Shown: positions 9,937 to 19,787 of the stretch, piece after piece
Layout of the letters: each line of letters opens with the position of its first letter
How positions within the stretch are numbered: the first letter of the stretch is position 1
Assembly: GCA_963790475.1 (NCBI GenBank)
Contig: CAWBOS010000012.1
Span: 928,001-992,000, forward strand
Direction of reading: 5' to 3'
DNA from: an uncultured delta proteobacterium
GTDB taxonomy: Bacteria; Desulfobacterota; RBG-13-43-22
DNA: 64,000 nt
Position numbers and translations under genes: made by a program
Notes under the pieces: model-generated
The model's database searches: none
The model's input: the letters and a program-made list of their open reading frames with translations, nothing else
What the model was told of the DNA's origin: nothing

Positions 9937-10471
9937 ACCCAAAGAACCCCTGCCGGCCAAACTGGGTATCGGTCTAATCTATAAGGAGAAGGCAGCCGCC
10001 CTGTCCGGCTGGCCGACCATAGAAAAAACCTGGGGGGCCATTGATTTTCTTTCCGAGGTGAGGCCCTTTGATTACACCGGCTACTATGAAGAAGAAATGG
10101 GCCGGCCCTTATATCGTCGATGGGCCTTCTTCCGGGAATTGGTCTCCCAAGACCGGTTGCCGGACATCAAATGGCAGGCCCTGGAGATAGAGAAACAATG
10201 GGCGGTCAATGAGAAGCGACGGTTGAACCTCGACCCGGGATTGATAACGGCCGAGAGACTGGTCCTGGCCACCGGGAAAAATTTCAGTCACCGGATTTAC
10301 CTGGGGAAGGGCATCTTCGCGGATTTGACCCTTATCTTTGTTAAAGGGACTTACCATCCTCTTCCCTGGACTTATCCGGATTATAAGGATGAATGGGCGA
10401 TAGAGATGTTTGATAAAGTAAGGGAAAAATATCTTAGGGACATTTCAGATCGATTTGGCTTTTTGAAATAA
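9929..10471 (+). CDS. DUF4416 family protein
   Basis: FDYTGYYEEEMG, RRLNLDPG, LATGKNFSHRIYLGKGI, LPWTYPDY. Probable TTG start overlapping the ugd stop. Confidence 0.85.
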   Translation: MSKPKEPLPAKLGIGLIYKEKAAALSGWPTIEKTWGAIDFLSEVRPFDYTGYYEEEMGRPLYRRWAFFRELVSQDRLPDIKWQALEIEKQWAVNEKRRLNLDPGLITAERLVLATGKNFSHRIYLGKGIFADLTLIFVKGTYHPLPWTYPDYKDEWAIEMFDKVREKYLRDISDRFGFLK

Positions 10472-10476
10472 CTGTT

Positions 10477-10666
10477 TTCACCGCAAAGCCGCAAAGGCCG
10501 CAAAGAAATACTTTTATCGATTGCCGGTGTGGGGACGGCAATCGATAACCTTCGCTACCCTCCGGGTAATTAGTTGGCCGGAGGCCAGAGCTTTTTTATT
10601 CAATCCCTCCTCTCATGGGATTGAATAATAATGATTTCCTCTGCTTCTTTGCGGCGTTGCGGTGAA
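10477..10666. repeat. 190-bp structured intergenic element (MITE-like) with CGCAAAG-based inverted ends and two internal hairpins
   Basis: Ends TTCACCGCAAAGCCGCAAAG ... CTTTGCGGCGTTGCGGTGAA. Inner stems TTATCGATTGCCG/CGGCAATCGATAA and TTATTCAATCCC/GGGATTGAATAA. Confidence 0.75.
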
Positions 10667-10730
10667 CAAAAACTTTTTTTTAAACACTAAGTGTTATGAG
10701 ATTTCAGATTCAGGATAATAAGGGAAATTT

Positions 10731-11612
10731 ATGATTAAAAGCATGACCGGCTTTGCGCAGACGGTGTTTTCGGATAAGAGCCTGCAAATAACGATTGCCG
10801 TCCGCACCTATAATAATCGCTTTTTAGATGTCAATTTGAGGCTGAATAATGCCTTTTTCCCTCTTGAGGACCGGATCAAGTCCTATATCGCTACACGAGT
10901 TCTTAGGGGGAGGGTGGAAATCGCCATCCAGTTAGCCTCCCAGGAGAAACTCCGGAATGGAAATATCGCCATCAATTGGGCCTTGGCCAAGACCTATTGC
11001 GGGTTATTGACCGAATTGAAAAATAATTTGAACCTTTCCGGTCCCCTGGTCTTAAGCGATCTTCTATCCTTAAAAGACCTCGTGGTCTATCAAGAGAGTA
11101 CCTTCCCCGAAGAAGTTCTTTGGCGAAAACTGGCCTCTCCTTTGAAAAAAGTTTTTGATGCCTTGCAAAAGATGCGGGCCGAAGAAGGTCGGAACTTAGC
11201 CCGGGATTTACTGGAACGTCTGAAAGGGATTCAGAAAGGGGTCGATTTGATCTCCCGGAGAATCTCCCAGGTAATCGAAGCCTACCAGGTCAGGTTGAAA
11301 GACCGAATTAAAAAAATATCGAAAGAGGTGGAAGTGGATCCTCTTCGCCTGGCCCAGGAGGTAGCGATTATGGCCGACCGATCGGATATTTCGGAAGAAC
11401 TGATTCGCTTGGGCAGTCACTTGAAACAATTTAAAGTCCTTTTTAGGGAGACTCAGACCGTAGGTAAAAAAATGGAGTTTCTTCTTCAGGAAATGAACCG
11501 GGAGGTCAACACCATCGGATCGAAAAGCATGGACAGCGCTATTTCCCATCAAGTGGTGTCGATCAAATCCGAATTGGAAAAATTGCGGGAACAAGTTCAG
11601 AATATAGAATAA
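10731..11612 (+). CDS. yicC: YicC/YloC family endoribonuclease
   Basis: MIKSMTGF, NNRFLD, DISEELIRLGSH, GKKMEFLLQEMNREVNTIGSK, REQVQNIE. Confidence 0.96.
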   Translation: MIKSMTGFAQTVFSDKSLQITIAVRTYNNRFLDVNLRLNNAFFPLEDRIKSYIATRVLRGRVEIAIQLASQEKLRNGNIAINWALAKTYCGLLTELKNNLNLSGPLVLSDLLSLKDLVVYQESTFPEEVLWRKLASPLKKVFDALQKMRAEEGRNLARDLLERLKGIQKGVDLISRRISQVIEAYQVRLKDRIKKISKEVEVDPLRLAQEVAIMADRSDISEELIRLGSHLKQFKVLFRETQTVGKKMEFLLQEMNREVNTIGSKSMDSAISHQVVSIKSELEKLREQVQNIE

Positions 11613-11621
11613 GGAGAACCT

Positions 11622-11900
11622 ATGGACCCTAAGTTACTCAAAATCGGTTTTGGAAACTCGGTGGTCTCGGACCGAGTGGTTGCCATTTTAACCCCCGCTT
11701 CTTCTCCCATGAAGCGACTAAGAGAGGAAGCGCGTGACGGGAAACGATTGATCGATGCCACCCAGGGTCGTAAAACCCTCTCCATCATACTGACCGACAG
11801 TAACCATGTGATCCTCTCCGCCTTTCAGGCCGAGACCTTAGCCCAGCGGTATATTTCCGACGGGACCGGGAAAGAGGATGATCCCAAAAATTCAAAATAA
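11622..11900 (+). CDS. remA: RemA/DUF370 family regulator
   Basis: [29 protein letters not shown]; lies between yicC and gmk. Confidence 0.9.
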   Translation: MDPKLLKIGFGNSVVSDRVVAILTPASSPMKRLREEARDGKRLIDATQGRKTLSIILTDSNHVILSAFQAETLAQRYISDGTGKEDDPKNSK

Positions 11901-12471
11901 GAACCGGGGGAATCTGATTGTCCTTTCCGGACCTTCCGGGGTGGGGAAGACTACCCTGAGGGAAGAGCTTCAAAAAAGAATTCCCAACCTCCGGTTTTCG
12001 GTTTCCTGGACTACTCGGCCTCATCGGCCGGGGGAAATCATGGGGCAGGATTACCGGTTTGTTTCCAAAAAACAATTTGAAGAAAAGATGAAGGCCGACG
12101 GATTCCTGGAATGGGCCCGGGTTCATAACGAATACTATGGAACACCCCAGGCCCCGATTCAGCGCTGGATGGGCAAGGGGGAAGACATCCTTCTGGATAT
12201 TGATATTCAGGGGGCAAGGCAGGTAAAAAAACAAATTCCTCAAGCTGTGGCTGTTTTTATCTTGCCGCCTTCACAAAAAGAATTAATGAAACGATTGCGA
12301 AGTCGTCAGACCGAACCCATGCAGAAAATCCGCATGCGGTTGAAAAATGCCGAAAACGAAATCCGATCGGTCCGGCAATTTGACTATGCGATTATTAATC
12401 GAGAGATCGCCGCCTCAGTCGATGCCTTGGAAATCATCCTTAAAGCCGCCCGCCTGCGAGTGAAAAAATAG
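11878..12471 (+). CDS. gmk: guanylate kinase
   Basis: [47 protein letters not shown]. Confidence 0.97.
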   Translation: MIPKIQNKNRGNLIVLSGPSGVGKTTLREELQKRIPNLRFSVSWTTRPHRPGEIMGQDYRFVSKKQFEEKMKADGFLEWARVHNEYYGTPQAPIQRWMGKGEDILLDIDIQGARQVKKQIPQAVAVFILPPSQKELMKRLRSRQTEPMQKIRMRLKNAENEIRSVRQFDYAIINREIAASVDALEIILKAARLRVKK

Positions 12472-12524
12472 TAAAGAAAAATTCCCGCCAATCCCCCCCA
12501 TTAAAAATCCATTGAAATTTACCC

Positions 12525-12579
12525 TTGACTTTTGCCCTTGAGGCGTGTAAAAATTCAAAAAAAAGTGAACGAGCGCTCG
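12525..12579 (+). promoter_or_regulatory. putative sigma-70 promoter and palindromic TetR-type operator
   Basis: TTGACT-N17-TAAAAA, then the perfect palindrome CGAGCGCTCG (12570-12579) just before the TetR start codon. Confidence 0.5.
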
Positions 12580-12592
12580 GAAGTATAAAATA

Positions 12593-13219
12593 ATGGACGT
12601 TCAAACCAACATCAAAAATAAAGATCTGGTCTCCAAAAGACGCAAGCAGATTATCACCGCCGCCTCAAAGCTTTTTTTTGAAAAAGGCTTTGATCAAACG
12701 ACCATGCGGGAGATTTCCCGTGCCTCCGGTCTGACCATGGGTAGTCTATATGATTACGTCATGAGTAAAGATGATATTCTGGTCCTGGTCTATAAAGACG
12801 TTATCGAACGTTTCCGCTTAGGACTTGGCGGGAACGAACAAAGCGATCGGGATATGAATCCCGAAAACCTGGAAAATATCCTGCACCGAAGCATGAAGCA
12901 GATGTACAAGCTGTCCAAGGCTGTGCAGCTTCTCTATCGGGAATCCTGGTCCAGACGCAAGAATGTACATATACAAATGAGAGAGATTGAACGGGGACAT
13001 GTAGACAATTTTACTCAATTGCTTCAGCAAGGCCGGGAAAAGGGATTGTTCCAAGTGAAGAATCCCAAGGTCACTGCCGATCTGATCCTTTTGCTGGTTG
13101 CCCTTCCGGCCATCAGGGAATGGAGCTTATTGAACCTTGATCAGGAGGAAGTGATTGATACGGTGGCCAAGTTTATCCTGCGCGGTCTGTCCACGGACGA
13201 TCGGGCCCAGGCTTCGTAG
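12593..13219 (+). CDS. TetR/AcrR family transcriptional regulator
   Basis: RRKQIITAASKLFFEKGFDQTTMREISRASGLTMGSLYDY helix-turn-helix. Confidence 0.95.
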   Translation: MDVQTNIKNKDLVSKRRKQIITAASKLFFEKGFDQTTMREISRASGLTMGSLYDYVMSKDDILVLVYKDVIERFRLGLGGNEQSDRDMNPENLENILHRSMKQMYKLSKAVQLLYRESWSRRKNVHIQMREIERGHVDNFTQLLQQGREKGLFQVKNPKVTADLILLLVALPAIREWSLLNLDQEEVIDTVAKFILRGLSTDDRAQAS

Positions 13220-13232
13220 TGAACATAACTTA

Positions 13233-13261
13233 TTGACCCCGGATAAATTTCAGGATATAAA
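13233..13261 (+). promoter_or_regulatory. putative sigma-70 promoter for the radical SAM gene
   Basis: TTGACC-N17-TATAAA. Confidence 0.55.
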
Positions 13262-13334
13262 ACCTTTTCTTAAGAATTTCCGATTTCCCCCAAAAATGAC
13301 AGCCTTGAAAAAATGTCGGCGAAAGCCTGTTTCC

Positions 13335-13475
13335 GTCATTGCGGTGGAAACCGGATCTCAGATTTAATGGTCTGGTTCCCGGCTTCCGCCGGGAGGTGTC
13401 TGGACCCCGGCGTCTGCCCCGGACCCCGGATCAATTCCGGGGCAGGCTTCTGATCCGGGGTTCGTCGGGGTGACG
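13335..13475. repeat. REP-like palindromic element with nested palindromic insertions
   Basis: CGTCATTGCGGTGGAAACCGGATCTCAG...CTGGACCCCGGC[..CCCCGGATCAATTCCGGGGCAGGC..]TTCGTCGGGGTGACG. Confidence 0.7.
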
Positions 13476-13525
13476 ATCTTGAAGACTTGTTTCCAAATCA
13501 ACGAGAGTAATAACCGAGGATATCG

Positions 13526-15112
13526 ATGCGTTTTCTGTTGATTAATCCCTATTGTCCCATATCTGAGAATCCTTCCCCCCCTCTGGGCTTGGCTTTTCTG
13601 GCCGGTGCCCTTGAAGGGGCGGGTGTTGAGACCAGGGTGGTTGATTTTACCGTCTTTCCCTACAGTAAAATGATGCTGGAGTCGGTCCTGCGGGAATTTC
13701 AGCCGAACCTGGTGGGTGTCACCTCGGTAACGATGACCTATAACAACGCCGCTCAAGTTATTCAGGACGTCAAGGCCATCGATAGCCATATCCTGACGGT
13801 TATGGGCGGCCCGCATGTGACTTTCTGGGCCCAGGAGGCCATGGACAGCCTTCCGGAATTAGACCTCGTGGTCATTGGAGAAGGCGAACACACGATCATT
13901 GAATTGACCAGAGAAGCCGAGAAAGACGGCGAGTGGAGCAAGGTCAAAGGGATTGTCTATCGTCAGGGTTCTCAAGTTCTCAGTACCGGGCCAAGGGAAC
14001 AGATCATCGATCTGGATTCTCTCCCGATGCCGGCCAGACATTTATTCCCCTTGGGCCGCTACCGGGCCCTGGGCATGCCCATAACCATGACCACCAGCCG
14101 GGGTTGCCCCTATCAATGCATTTTTTGTGTGGGAAGAAGAATGGTGGGAGCCAAGGTTCGTTACCGGAACCCGGAAAAGGTTGTGGATGAACTGGCCGAT
14201 CTTCACCGGCTGGGTTTCAAACAGATCAACATCGTCGATGATCTCTTTACCGCCAGCAAAGACCACTGCCTGGCCGTCTGCCATGAAATACGAAAGAGGA
14301 ACCTGGAAGTAAGATGGACTTCTTTTTCGCGGGTCGATACCATTTCCAGGGAACTCTTGATAGAGATGAAGAAAGCCGGATGTTACGCCGTAAGCTTCGG
14401 AGTGGAGACTGGAAATCCGGATATATTAAAGACCATCAAGAAAAAGATCACCATCGAAAAGGTGATCGAGGCCGCCAACCTCTGCCGGGAAGTGGGGATG
14501 GACGTCCATTTCTCTTTCATTCTGGGGCTTCCCGGTGAGACTCCGGAGACTTTGCAGCAGACCGCTGCTTTCAGTGAAAAGCTGAGTGGTATTGTCGGAT
14601 CCTGTGGCTTTCATCTTTTGGCCCCCTTTCCGGGGACCGAGATCCGGGAAAAAAGCGTTGAATTGGGGATAAATATTCTAACCCAGGACTGGTCCGACTA
14701 TCATGCCAACCGGGCTATTGTGGAGACACCGGCGGTGAATAAAGCCATGCTGGATGACTTTGTTTCGGCCTGGGAGAAGACCTATTTGGATCAGCTTGGA
14801 TTAATAAAGCAAAAAAGGGCAAGCGGAGAGGCCACCGAAAGCGAAGCCTGGGACCTGACCAAACTGGAATATATCGTGGTCATCAACGCCCTGATGATGA
14901 GCAGGGCCGTTGAGGAAAAAGGATTCTGGCCAAACCGGGAAACTTTTAAAGAAGAGGACTCCTTGAGCCAGTTGGTGGACCGGGTATGGGGGTTGACCGG
15001 TTCCGAGAGAGAGTTGGTTCAAAAGACCTTGAAGTATGCCGTCGGGAAGGGGAGCCTGCTCTGTTCGGATCAGGACGGTGAGATCCGGTGGAGCTGGCGA
15101 GATTACATATAA
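13526..15112 (+). CDS. cobalamin-binding radical SAM protein
   Basis: N-terminal B12-binding domain (PPLGLAFLA, GGPHVT, GEGE), TSRGCPYQCIFC, GVETG, FILGLPGET, PFPGT. Confidence 0.93.
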   Translation: MRFLLINPYCPISENPSPPLGLAFLAGALEGAGVETRVVDFTVFPYSKMMLESVLREFQPNLVGVTSVTMTYNNAAQVIQDVKAIDSHILTVMGGPHVTFWAQEAMDSLPELDLVVIGEGEHTIIELTREAEKDGEWSKVKGIVYRQGSQVLSTGPREQIIDLDSLPMPARHLFPLGRYRALGMPITMTTSRGCPYQCIFCVGRRMVGAKVRYRNPEKVVDELADLHRLGFKQINIVDDLFTASKDHCLAVCHEIRKRNLEVRWTSFSRVDTISRELLIEMKKAGCYAVSFGVETGNPDILKTIKKKITIEKVIEAANLCREVGMDVHFSFILGLPGETPETLQQTAAFSEKLSGIVGSCGFHLLAPFPGTEIREKSVELGINILTQDWSDYHANRAIVETPAVNKAMLDDFVSAWEKTYLDQLGLIKQKRASGEATESEAWDLTKLEYIVVINALMMSRAVEEKGFWPNRETFKEEDSLSQLVDRVWGLTGSERELVQKTLKYAVGKGSLLCSDQDGEIRWSWRDYI

Positions 15113-15209
15113 AGGTTTCATGATTTTCTTTCCATGAACCTGGTGGTTTTTCATTAAATAATACCCCTGGTCCTTTTGGCAAAAATTGAACATTTTTGAG
15201 AGTTCATAA

Positions 15210-15833
15210 ATGGAAAAAGCAGATCTCCCCCTTGATTTGATCCAAGAGGTCAAGGGGTTTTTGGACGAGGAAGAAGGATTGTTTCTTTACCAGGCAGCGG
15301 AAACAGCAGCCCCCCTAGGTCCCTGTCTGGAGATCGGCAGTTACTGCGGTAAATCCAGCATCTATCTGGGGTTGGGGTGCAAAGCCCATCAGGGGGTCCT
15401 TTTTTCCATCGATCACCACCGGGGTTCAGAAGAACAGCAGCCGGGTGAGGAATATTTCGATCCGGCTTTGTTCGATCCGGAGAGCGGCCGCATAGATACC
15501 TTCCCTTTCTTTAGAAAGACCATTGAAAAAGCCGGTCTGGAAGACACGATTGTTCCTTTGGTCTGCCCCTCCCCTTTAGCCGCCCGTCAGTGGGCCACGC
15601 CGCTCAGTCTTGTTTTTATTGACGGCGGACACTCCTTTGAAGCGGCCAATCAGGACTACCGGAACTGGGGCAGGCATATCCTGCCGGGAGGCTATCTGCT
15701 GATACACGATATCTTCGAAGATCCCCAACAAGGCGGGCAGGCCCCTTTTCAGGTCTTTCGATTGGCCCTGGCCTCCGGCCATTTCCAGGAACTGCCCCGG
15801 GTAAAGACACTGGGGGTGCTTAAACGTCGATAA
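15210..15833 (+). CDS. class I SAM-dependent methyltransferase (Methyltransf_24-like)
   Basis: LEIGSYCGKS, IDHHRGSEEQQPG, FIDGGH, GGYLLIHD. Confidence 0.9.
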   Translation: MEKADLPLDLIQEVKGFLDEEEGLFLYQAAETAAPLGPCLEIGSYCGKSSIYLGLGCKAHQGVLFSIDHHRGSEEQQPGEEYFDPALFDPESGRIDTFPFFRKTIEKAGLEDTIVPLVCPSPLAARQWATPLSLVFIDGGHSFEAANQDYRNWGRHILPGGYLLIHDIFEDPQQGGQAPFQVFRLALASGHFQELPRVKTLGVLKRR

Positions 15834-15865
15834 GTACGGCTCAGGATTTCAAATATTTATTAAAT

Positions 15866-16651
15866 TCATTCCAAAGCAATAACCGTGGCAAACCGGCCGG
15901 TGATTTTTTCTTTTCGATACGAGAAAAAATCCTGGGTCCGGCAGGAAGTGCAGATGCCGGCAATCTCGATGTGGTTTTCCAAAACCCCGGCGGCTATCAA
16001 TTGATCACGGCTTAAACGCCGGAGATCAAAATAATAGGGCCGGGCCTGATAGGTCCAATATCTGGCCGGAATTTCTGTTCGATAATTAATGAACTGAGCG
16101 CAACAGGGACCCAGGGAAGGCCCGATCCCGGCCAAAATCTGGGAGGGGACGGTTTTATAAGCTGCCCTCATTCGTTTAACCGCTTCGCCGATGACGTTGT
16201 TTACATTTCCCCGCCAGCCGCAATGGATATTGGCAACGGCGTGGTGGCCGGGATCATAGAGCAGGATGGATTGGCAATCGGCCTGTTTGATCATCAGACC
16301 CTGTTTCGGTACCCGGGTCATCAGAATGTCTCCGGATCTGGATTCAGGAATAGGCTCTGAATCCCGGGATTGTTCTTCTTTAATGATCACCGTTTCTTTA
16401 CCATGCACCTGTTTGAGACAGCGGAGATTAGGTATTCCTAATGACTTAAGCACCAAGGCCCGGTTTTCCACCACGGTTTGTTGGTCATCTCCCACCGAAA
16501 AGCTTAAGTTAAGGCTGGCGTAAGCCCCTCGACTGCCCCCACCATGACGGGCAAAGATCCCGTGAGTCAATCCCGGTATGGATTGAAAAAGCTGGAACTG
16601 ATAGAAGGAAAGACCGTTTAATTTTTTAATAATTAATGATGAAGTTTCCAT
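15866..16651 (-). CDS. pgeF: PgeF/YfiH family purine nucleoside phosphorylase (laccase-like)
   Basis: SLNLSFSVGD, QVHG, ADCQSIL, HCGWRG, IGPSLGPCC, FFSYR. Confidence 0.93.
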   Translation of the reverse strand: METSSLIIKKLNGLSFYQFQLFQSIPGLTHGIFARHGGGSRGAYASLNLSFSVGDDQQTVVENRALVLKSLGIPNLRCLKQVHGKETVIIKEEQSRDSEPIPESRSGDILMTRVPKQGLMIKQADCQSILLYDPGHHAVANIHCGWRGNVNNVIGEAVKRMRAAYKTVPSQILAGIGPSLGPCCAQFINYRTEIPARYWTYQARPYYFDLRRLSRDQLIAAGVLENHIEIAGICTSCRTQDFFSYRKEKITGRFATVIALE

Positions 16652-16799
16652 TCGAAATTATAACTTACGGAAGTTATTCCGGCTATTATCCCCACGGCGC
16701 AAGCGGACTTTCGACGATTTATTCAGTGCCTGTGAACTAAAAATGTTTTAATTTTCAGATTTCGAAAACTGATTTTATTTCGGTTTTGATTTTTGGATT

Positions 16800-17726
16800 T
16801 CAGGAAATAAATGATCCTATCCAATCGGTTATCCTGGGGATTTTATTGGCGGAGAGAAATTTTTTTATCCCCTTTATAACTTCCAACGCCGTCGCCGGCT
16901 GAATGAAATTAGCGGTCCCGATTTGAACGGCCCTGGCCCCGATCAGGAGAAATTCCAGGGCATCCTCCGCAGTCCGGATGCCTCCTAACCCAATCACAGG
17001 TATGGAAACGGCCTGGACCACCCGATGGACCAAGCGCAGGGCCACGGGTTTGATCGCCGGCCCGGAGAGGCCTCCGTTTAAGCTGCCCAGTTTAGAAAGT
17101 CGGGACTCAATATCCACAGCCATGGCCGGGATGGTATTGATTAAGGAAACTGCGTCGGCCCCGGCACATTCTACGGCCCTGGCTATAGCGGCAATATCCG
17201 TGACCTGAGGTGTCAACTTGACCACCAGAGGCAGACGAGTCGTCTGGCGTACTTTGGAAATGACCTTGGCCGCCGTTCGCGGCTGGGCTCCGAAAGCCAT
17301 CCCACCCCGGGACACATTGGGACAGGAGATGTTGACCTCCAGGGCGGCAATCCCCGGCCGGTCACTCAGATGCCTGGCCACTTCCTGATATTCCCGAAGG
17401 GAATGACCTAAGATATTGACGATGACCGGGATACGGAGTTGGGAGAGAAAGGGAAGTTTGTCTTGAATAAATCCCTTCACGCCCACGTTTTGAAGACCGA
17501 TGGCATTGAGCATCCCGGAAGGGGTTTCACAGATCCGGGGAGGGGGATTGCCGGCCATGGGTTTCAAGGAAACCCCTTTGGTGATCAAGGCCCCCAATAG
17601 ATTCAGGTCTAATAGTTCGGCATATTCTTTTCCATAACCGAAAGTTCCGGAGGCGGTCATGACCGGATTCTGCATCCGCAGACCGCCGATGGTTACCGAT
17701 AGATCGGGATCTTTTGATTTAATCAT
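16800..17726 (-). CDS. pyrD: dihydroorotate dehydrogenase, class 1B catalytic subunit
   Basis: NPVMTASGTFGYG, GMLNAIGLQN, NISCPN, KLTP, GGLSGPAIKP. ATG 17726 overlaps the pyrK stop. Confidence 0.97.
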   Translation of the reverse strand: MIKSKDPDLSVTIGGLRMQNPVMTASGTFGYGKEYAELLDLNLLGALITKGVSLKPMAGNPPPRICETPSGMLNAIGLQNVGVKGFIQDKLPFLSQLRIPVIVNILGHSLREYQEVARHLSDRPGIAALEVNISCPNVSRGGMAFGAQPRTAAKVISKVRQTTRLPLVVKLTPQVTDIAAIARAVECAGADAVSLINTIPAMAVDIESRLSKLGSLNGGLSGPAIKPVALRLVHRVVQAVSIPVIGLGGIRTAEDALEFLLIGARAVQIGTANFIQPATALEVIKGIKKFLSANKIPRITDWIGSFIS

Positions 17727-18516
17727 CCCAGAGAACCTCCTGGGCTTCAAAGACCGGCCCTTCCTGACAGACATTGACATAAGCAATTTCTGTCCCCTTT
17801 TTTCTGGCCACCACACACCCCAGGCAGGCCCCCAGGCCGCAGGCCATGTGGGTCTCCAAAGACAACTGGCAGGGGATCCCTTTTTGAACGGCCCAGTCCC
17901 GGACCGCCTTCAACATCAGATTCGGCCCACAGACAAACAGGGTCTGATCGGGAGAAGGGTTTTTAACAGTCGCAGTCAATAATCGGGTCACTAATCCCTT
18001 CCGGCCATAGGAGCCATCTTCCGTGGCCGCGAGTATCTGCACCCCGGCCCCTTCAAATTCTTTCAGACAAAGGAGTTCGTCTTTACTCCGGGCGCCCAGA
18101 AAGAGCCGGAGAGCCCCTTTTTGATTTTTCACCCGGGACCGTTTCCAGGTTTCGGCCAAAAACAGGAGGGGGGCTACACCCATCCCGCCGGCCACCAAAA
18201 TCGGGTTCGGGTCTTCATCGAAATTAAAACCCCGTCCTAATGGCCCCCGGACCTCCAGGAGGTCGCCTTTCTTCAAGGCGGCCAAATGCCTGGTCCCCTG
18301 CCCGACCACCTTGAACAGGATTTCCACCAGATCTCCCCTAAGGCGATGGACAGAAAAAGGACGGGGAAGGAGGGGCTCTAAAAACTCGGTAGGGCGGACC
18401 ATGACGAACTGCCCGGGACAGGCTTGAGCGGCAATGGGACCACTGGTAAAGCGCAGAAGGTAGATATCCGGAGCTACGGGTTTAATATTTTGGATGGGGA
18501 TTTTCTGAAAAAACAT
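17719..18516 (-). CDS. pyrK: dihydroorotate dehydrogenase electron transfer subunit
   Basis: PGQFVM, LPRPFS, GPLGRGF, AGGMGVAP, CGP, MACGLGACLGC...VCQEGPVF. Confidence 0.96.
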   Translation of the reverse strand: MFFQKIPIQNIKPVAPDIYLLRFTSGPIAAQACPGQFVMVRPTEFLEPLLPRPFSVHRLRGDLVEILFKVVGQGTRHLAALKKGDLLEVRGPLGRGFNFDEDPNPILVAGGMGVAPLLFLAETWKRSRVKNQKGALRLFLGARSKDELLCLKEFEGAGVQILAATEDGSYGRKGLVTRLLTATVKNPSPDQTLFVCGPNLMLKAVRDWAVQKGIPCQLSLETHMACGLGACLGCVVARKKGTEIAYVNVCQEGPVFEAQEVLWDD

Positions 18517-18615
18517 ATATTTTATTTATAGTCAATTGAAGATCATTTTTTCATTGACCCATTAAGTTTATATATTGTACTTTATTGAAAAAAGTCAAAT
18601 CATTAATTTCCCTCT

Positions 18616-19689
18616 ATGCGCCCTCGGAAGAAAACAGACCCATCAGAACCCAAAAGCAGCCCGGAATTTCTCCAAATGAGTTTAGCGGCGGCCATGACCC
18701 TGGGATTGAAAGAAGGATTGTTTTTTCGGGATGCCCGCCTTTACTGCCTTAACCTTTTATTGACCTACCCGGAAGGCTGCCGGGCCAATTGTGCCTACTG
18801 CGGTCTGCAAAAATCAAGGGAAGGGGTGTTTGGAGAAAAAAGTTTTATCCGGGTGGCCTGGCCGACTTACGATTTGGAGACGATCATTCAAAAAACCAAA
18901 GAACAGAAAAATCGTCTTTTTCGGGTATGCATCTCCATGATCACCCATCCCCGGGCCGTTGAGGATACCCTTTATCTGACCGAACGATTTCAAAAGGAGG
19001 TGGGCCTGCCCATTTCCATCCTGATGAATCCTACCAGCATGACACCCTCTGATCTTCAAGATTTGAAAAAGAACGGGGCCCAGATGGCCGCTGTGGCCCT
19101 GGACCTGGCTAATGAAAAATTATTCGACTTGCACCGGGGTGAAAGTGTGGGTGGACCTCACCGGTTTGATCAATACTGGTCCATGCTGGCGGCCACGGCC
19201 GAAATTTTTGGAAAAAACAAGACCGGCTGCCACCTGATTGTCGGATTAGGAGAAAAAGAAGTTGAAATGGTTCAAAGGATCCAAAAAGTGAGGGACCTGG
19301 GGGCCCGGACCCATTTGTTTTCCTTTTATCCGGAAAAAGGCTCAAGGCTGGCTCGGGAAAAGCCCTGTCCGGTAGACCAATTCCGCCGGATCCAATTGGC
19401 CCGTTACCTGATTGATTTTGATCACAGCCGTGCGGAAGGTATGGATTTTGACGACCGGGGACGGATCATTTCCTTTGGCTTGAAGAAGGCTGGGGTCGAA
19501 CAATGGATTGATTCCGGGAAACCATTTATGACCAGCGGATGCCCGGGAGGAGGGATGGAAACGGCCTGTAACCGCCCTTATGGGGACGGCCCCCCCCGGG
19601 ACATTCGAAGTTTCCCCTTTCCACTGGAAGAAGAAGATATCGCCTTGGTAAAACAACAACTGAGATTTTATGACAGGGCATTTTCTTAA
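18616..19689 (+). CDS. radical SAM protein, biotin-synthase-like (resembles LipS1-type lipoate sulfur-insertion subunit)
   Basis: CRANCAYC, HLIVGLGE and C-terminal TSGCPG...CNRPY. The LipS1 resemblance is from recalled family motifs, not a search. Confidence 0.75.
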   Translation: MRPRKKTDPSEPKSSPEFLQMSLAAAMTLGLKEGLFFRDARLYCLNLLLTYPEGCRANCAYCGLQKSREGVFGEKSFIRVAWPTYDLETIIQKTKEQKNRLFRVCISMITHPRAVEDTLYLTERFQKEVGLPISILMNPTSMTPSDLQDLKKNGAQMAAVALDLANEKLFDLHRGESVGGPHRFDQYWSMLAATAEIFGKNKTGCHLIVGLGEKEVEMVQRIQKVRDLGARTHLFSFYPEKGSRLAREKPCPVDQFRRIQLARYLIDFDHSRAEGMDFDDRGRIISFGLKKAGVEQWIDSGKPFMTSGCPGGGMETACNRPYGDGPPRDIRSFPFPLEEEDIALVKQQLRFYDRAFS

Positions 19690-19787
19690 GGGCGGTCGAG
19701 ATAAAAAAATTACCACCATCGGAGGATTTAATAATGGAACAACAGCCATGGCATAAACATTATGATTACAATGTACCGACGACGATT

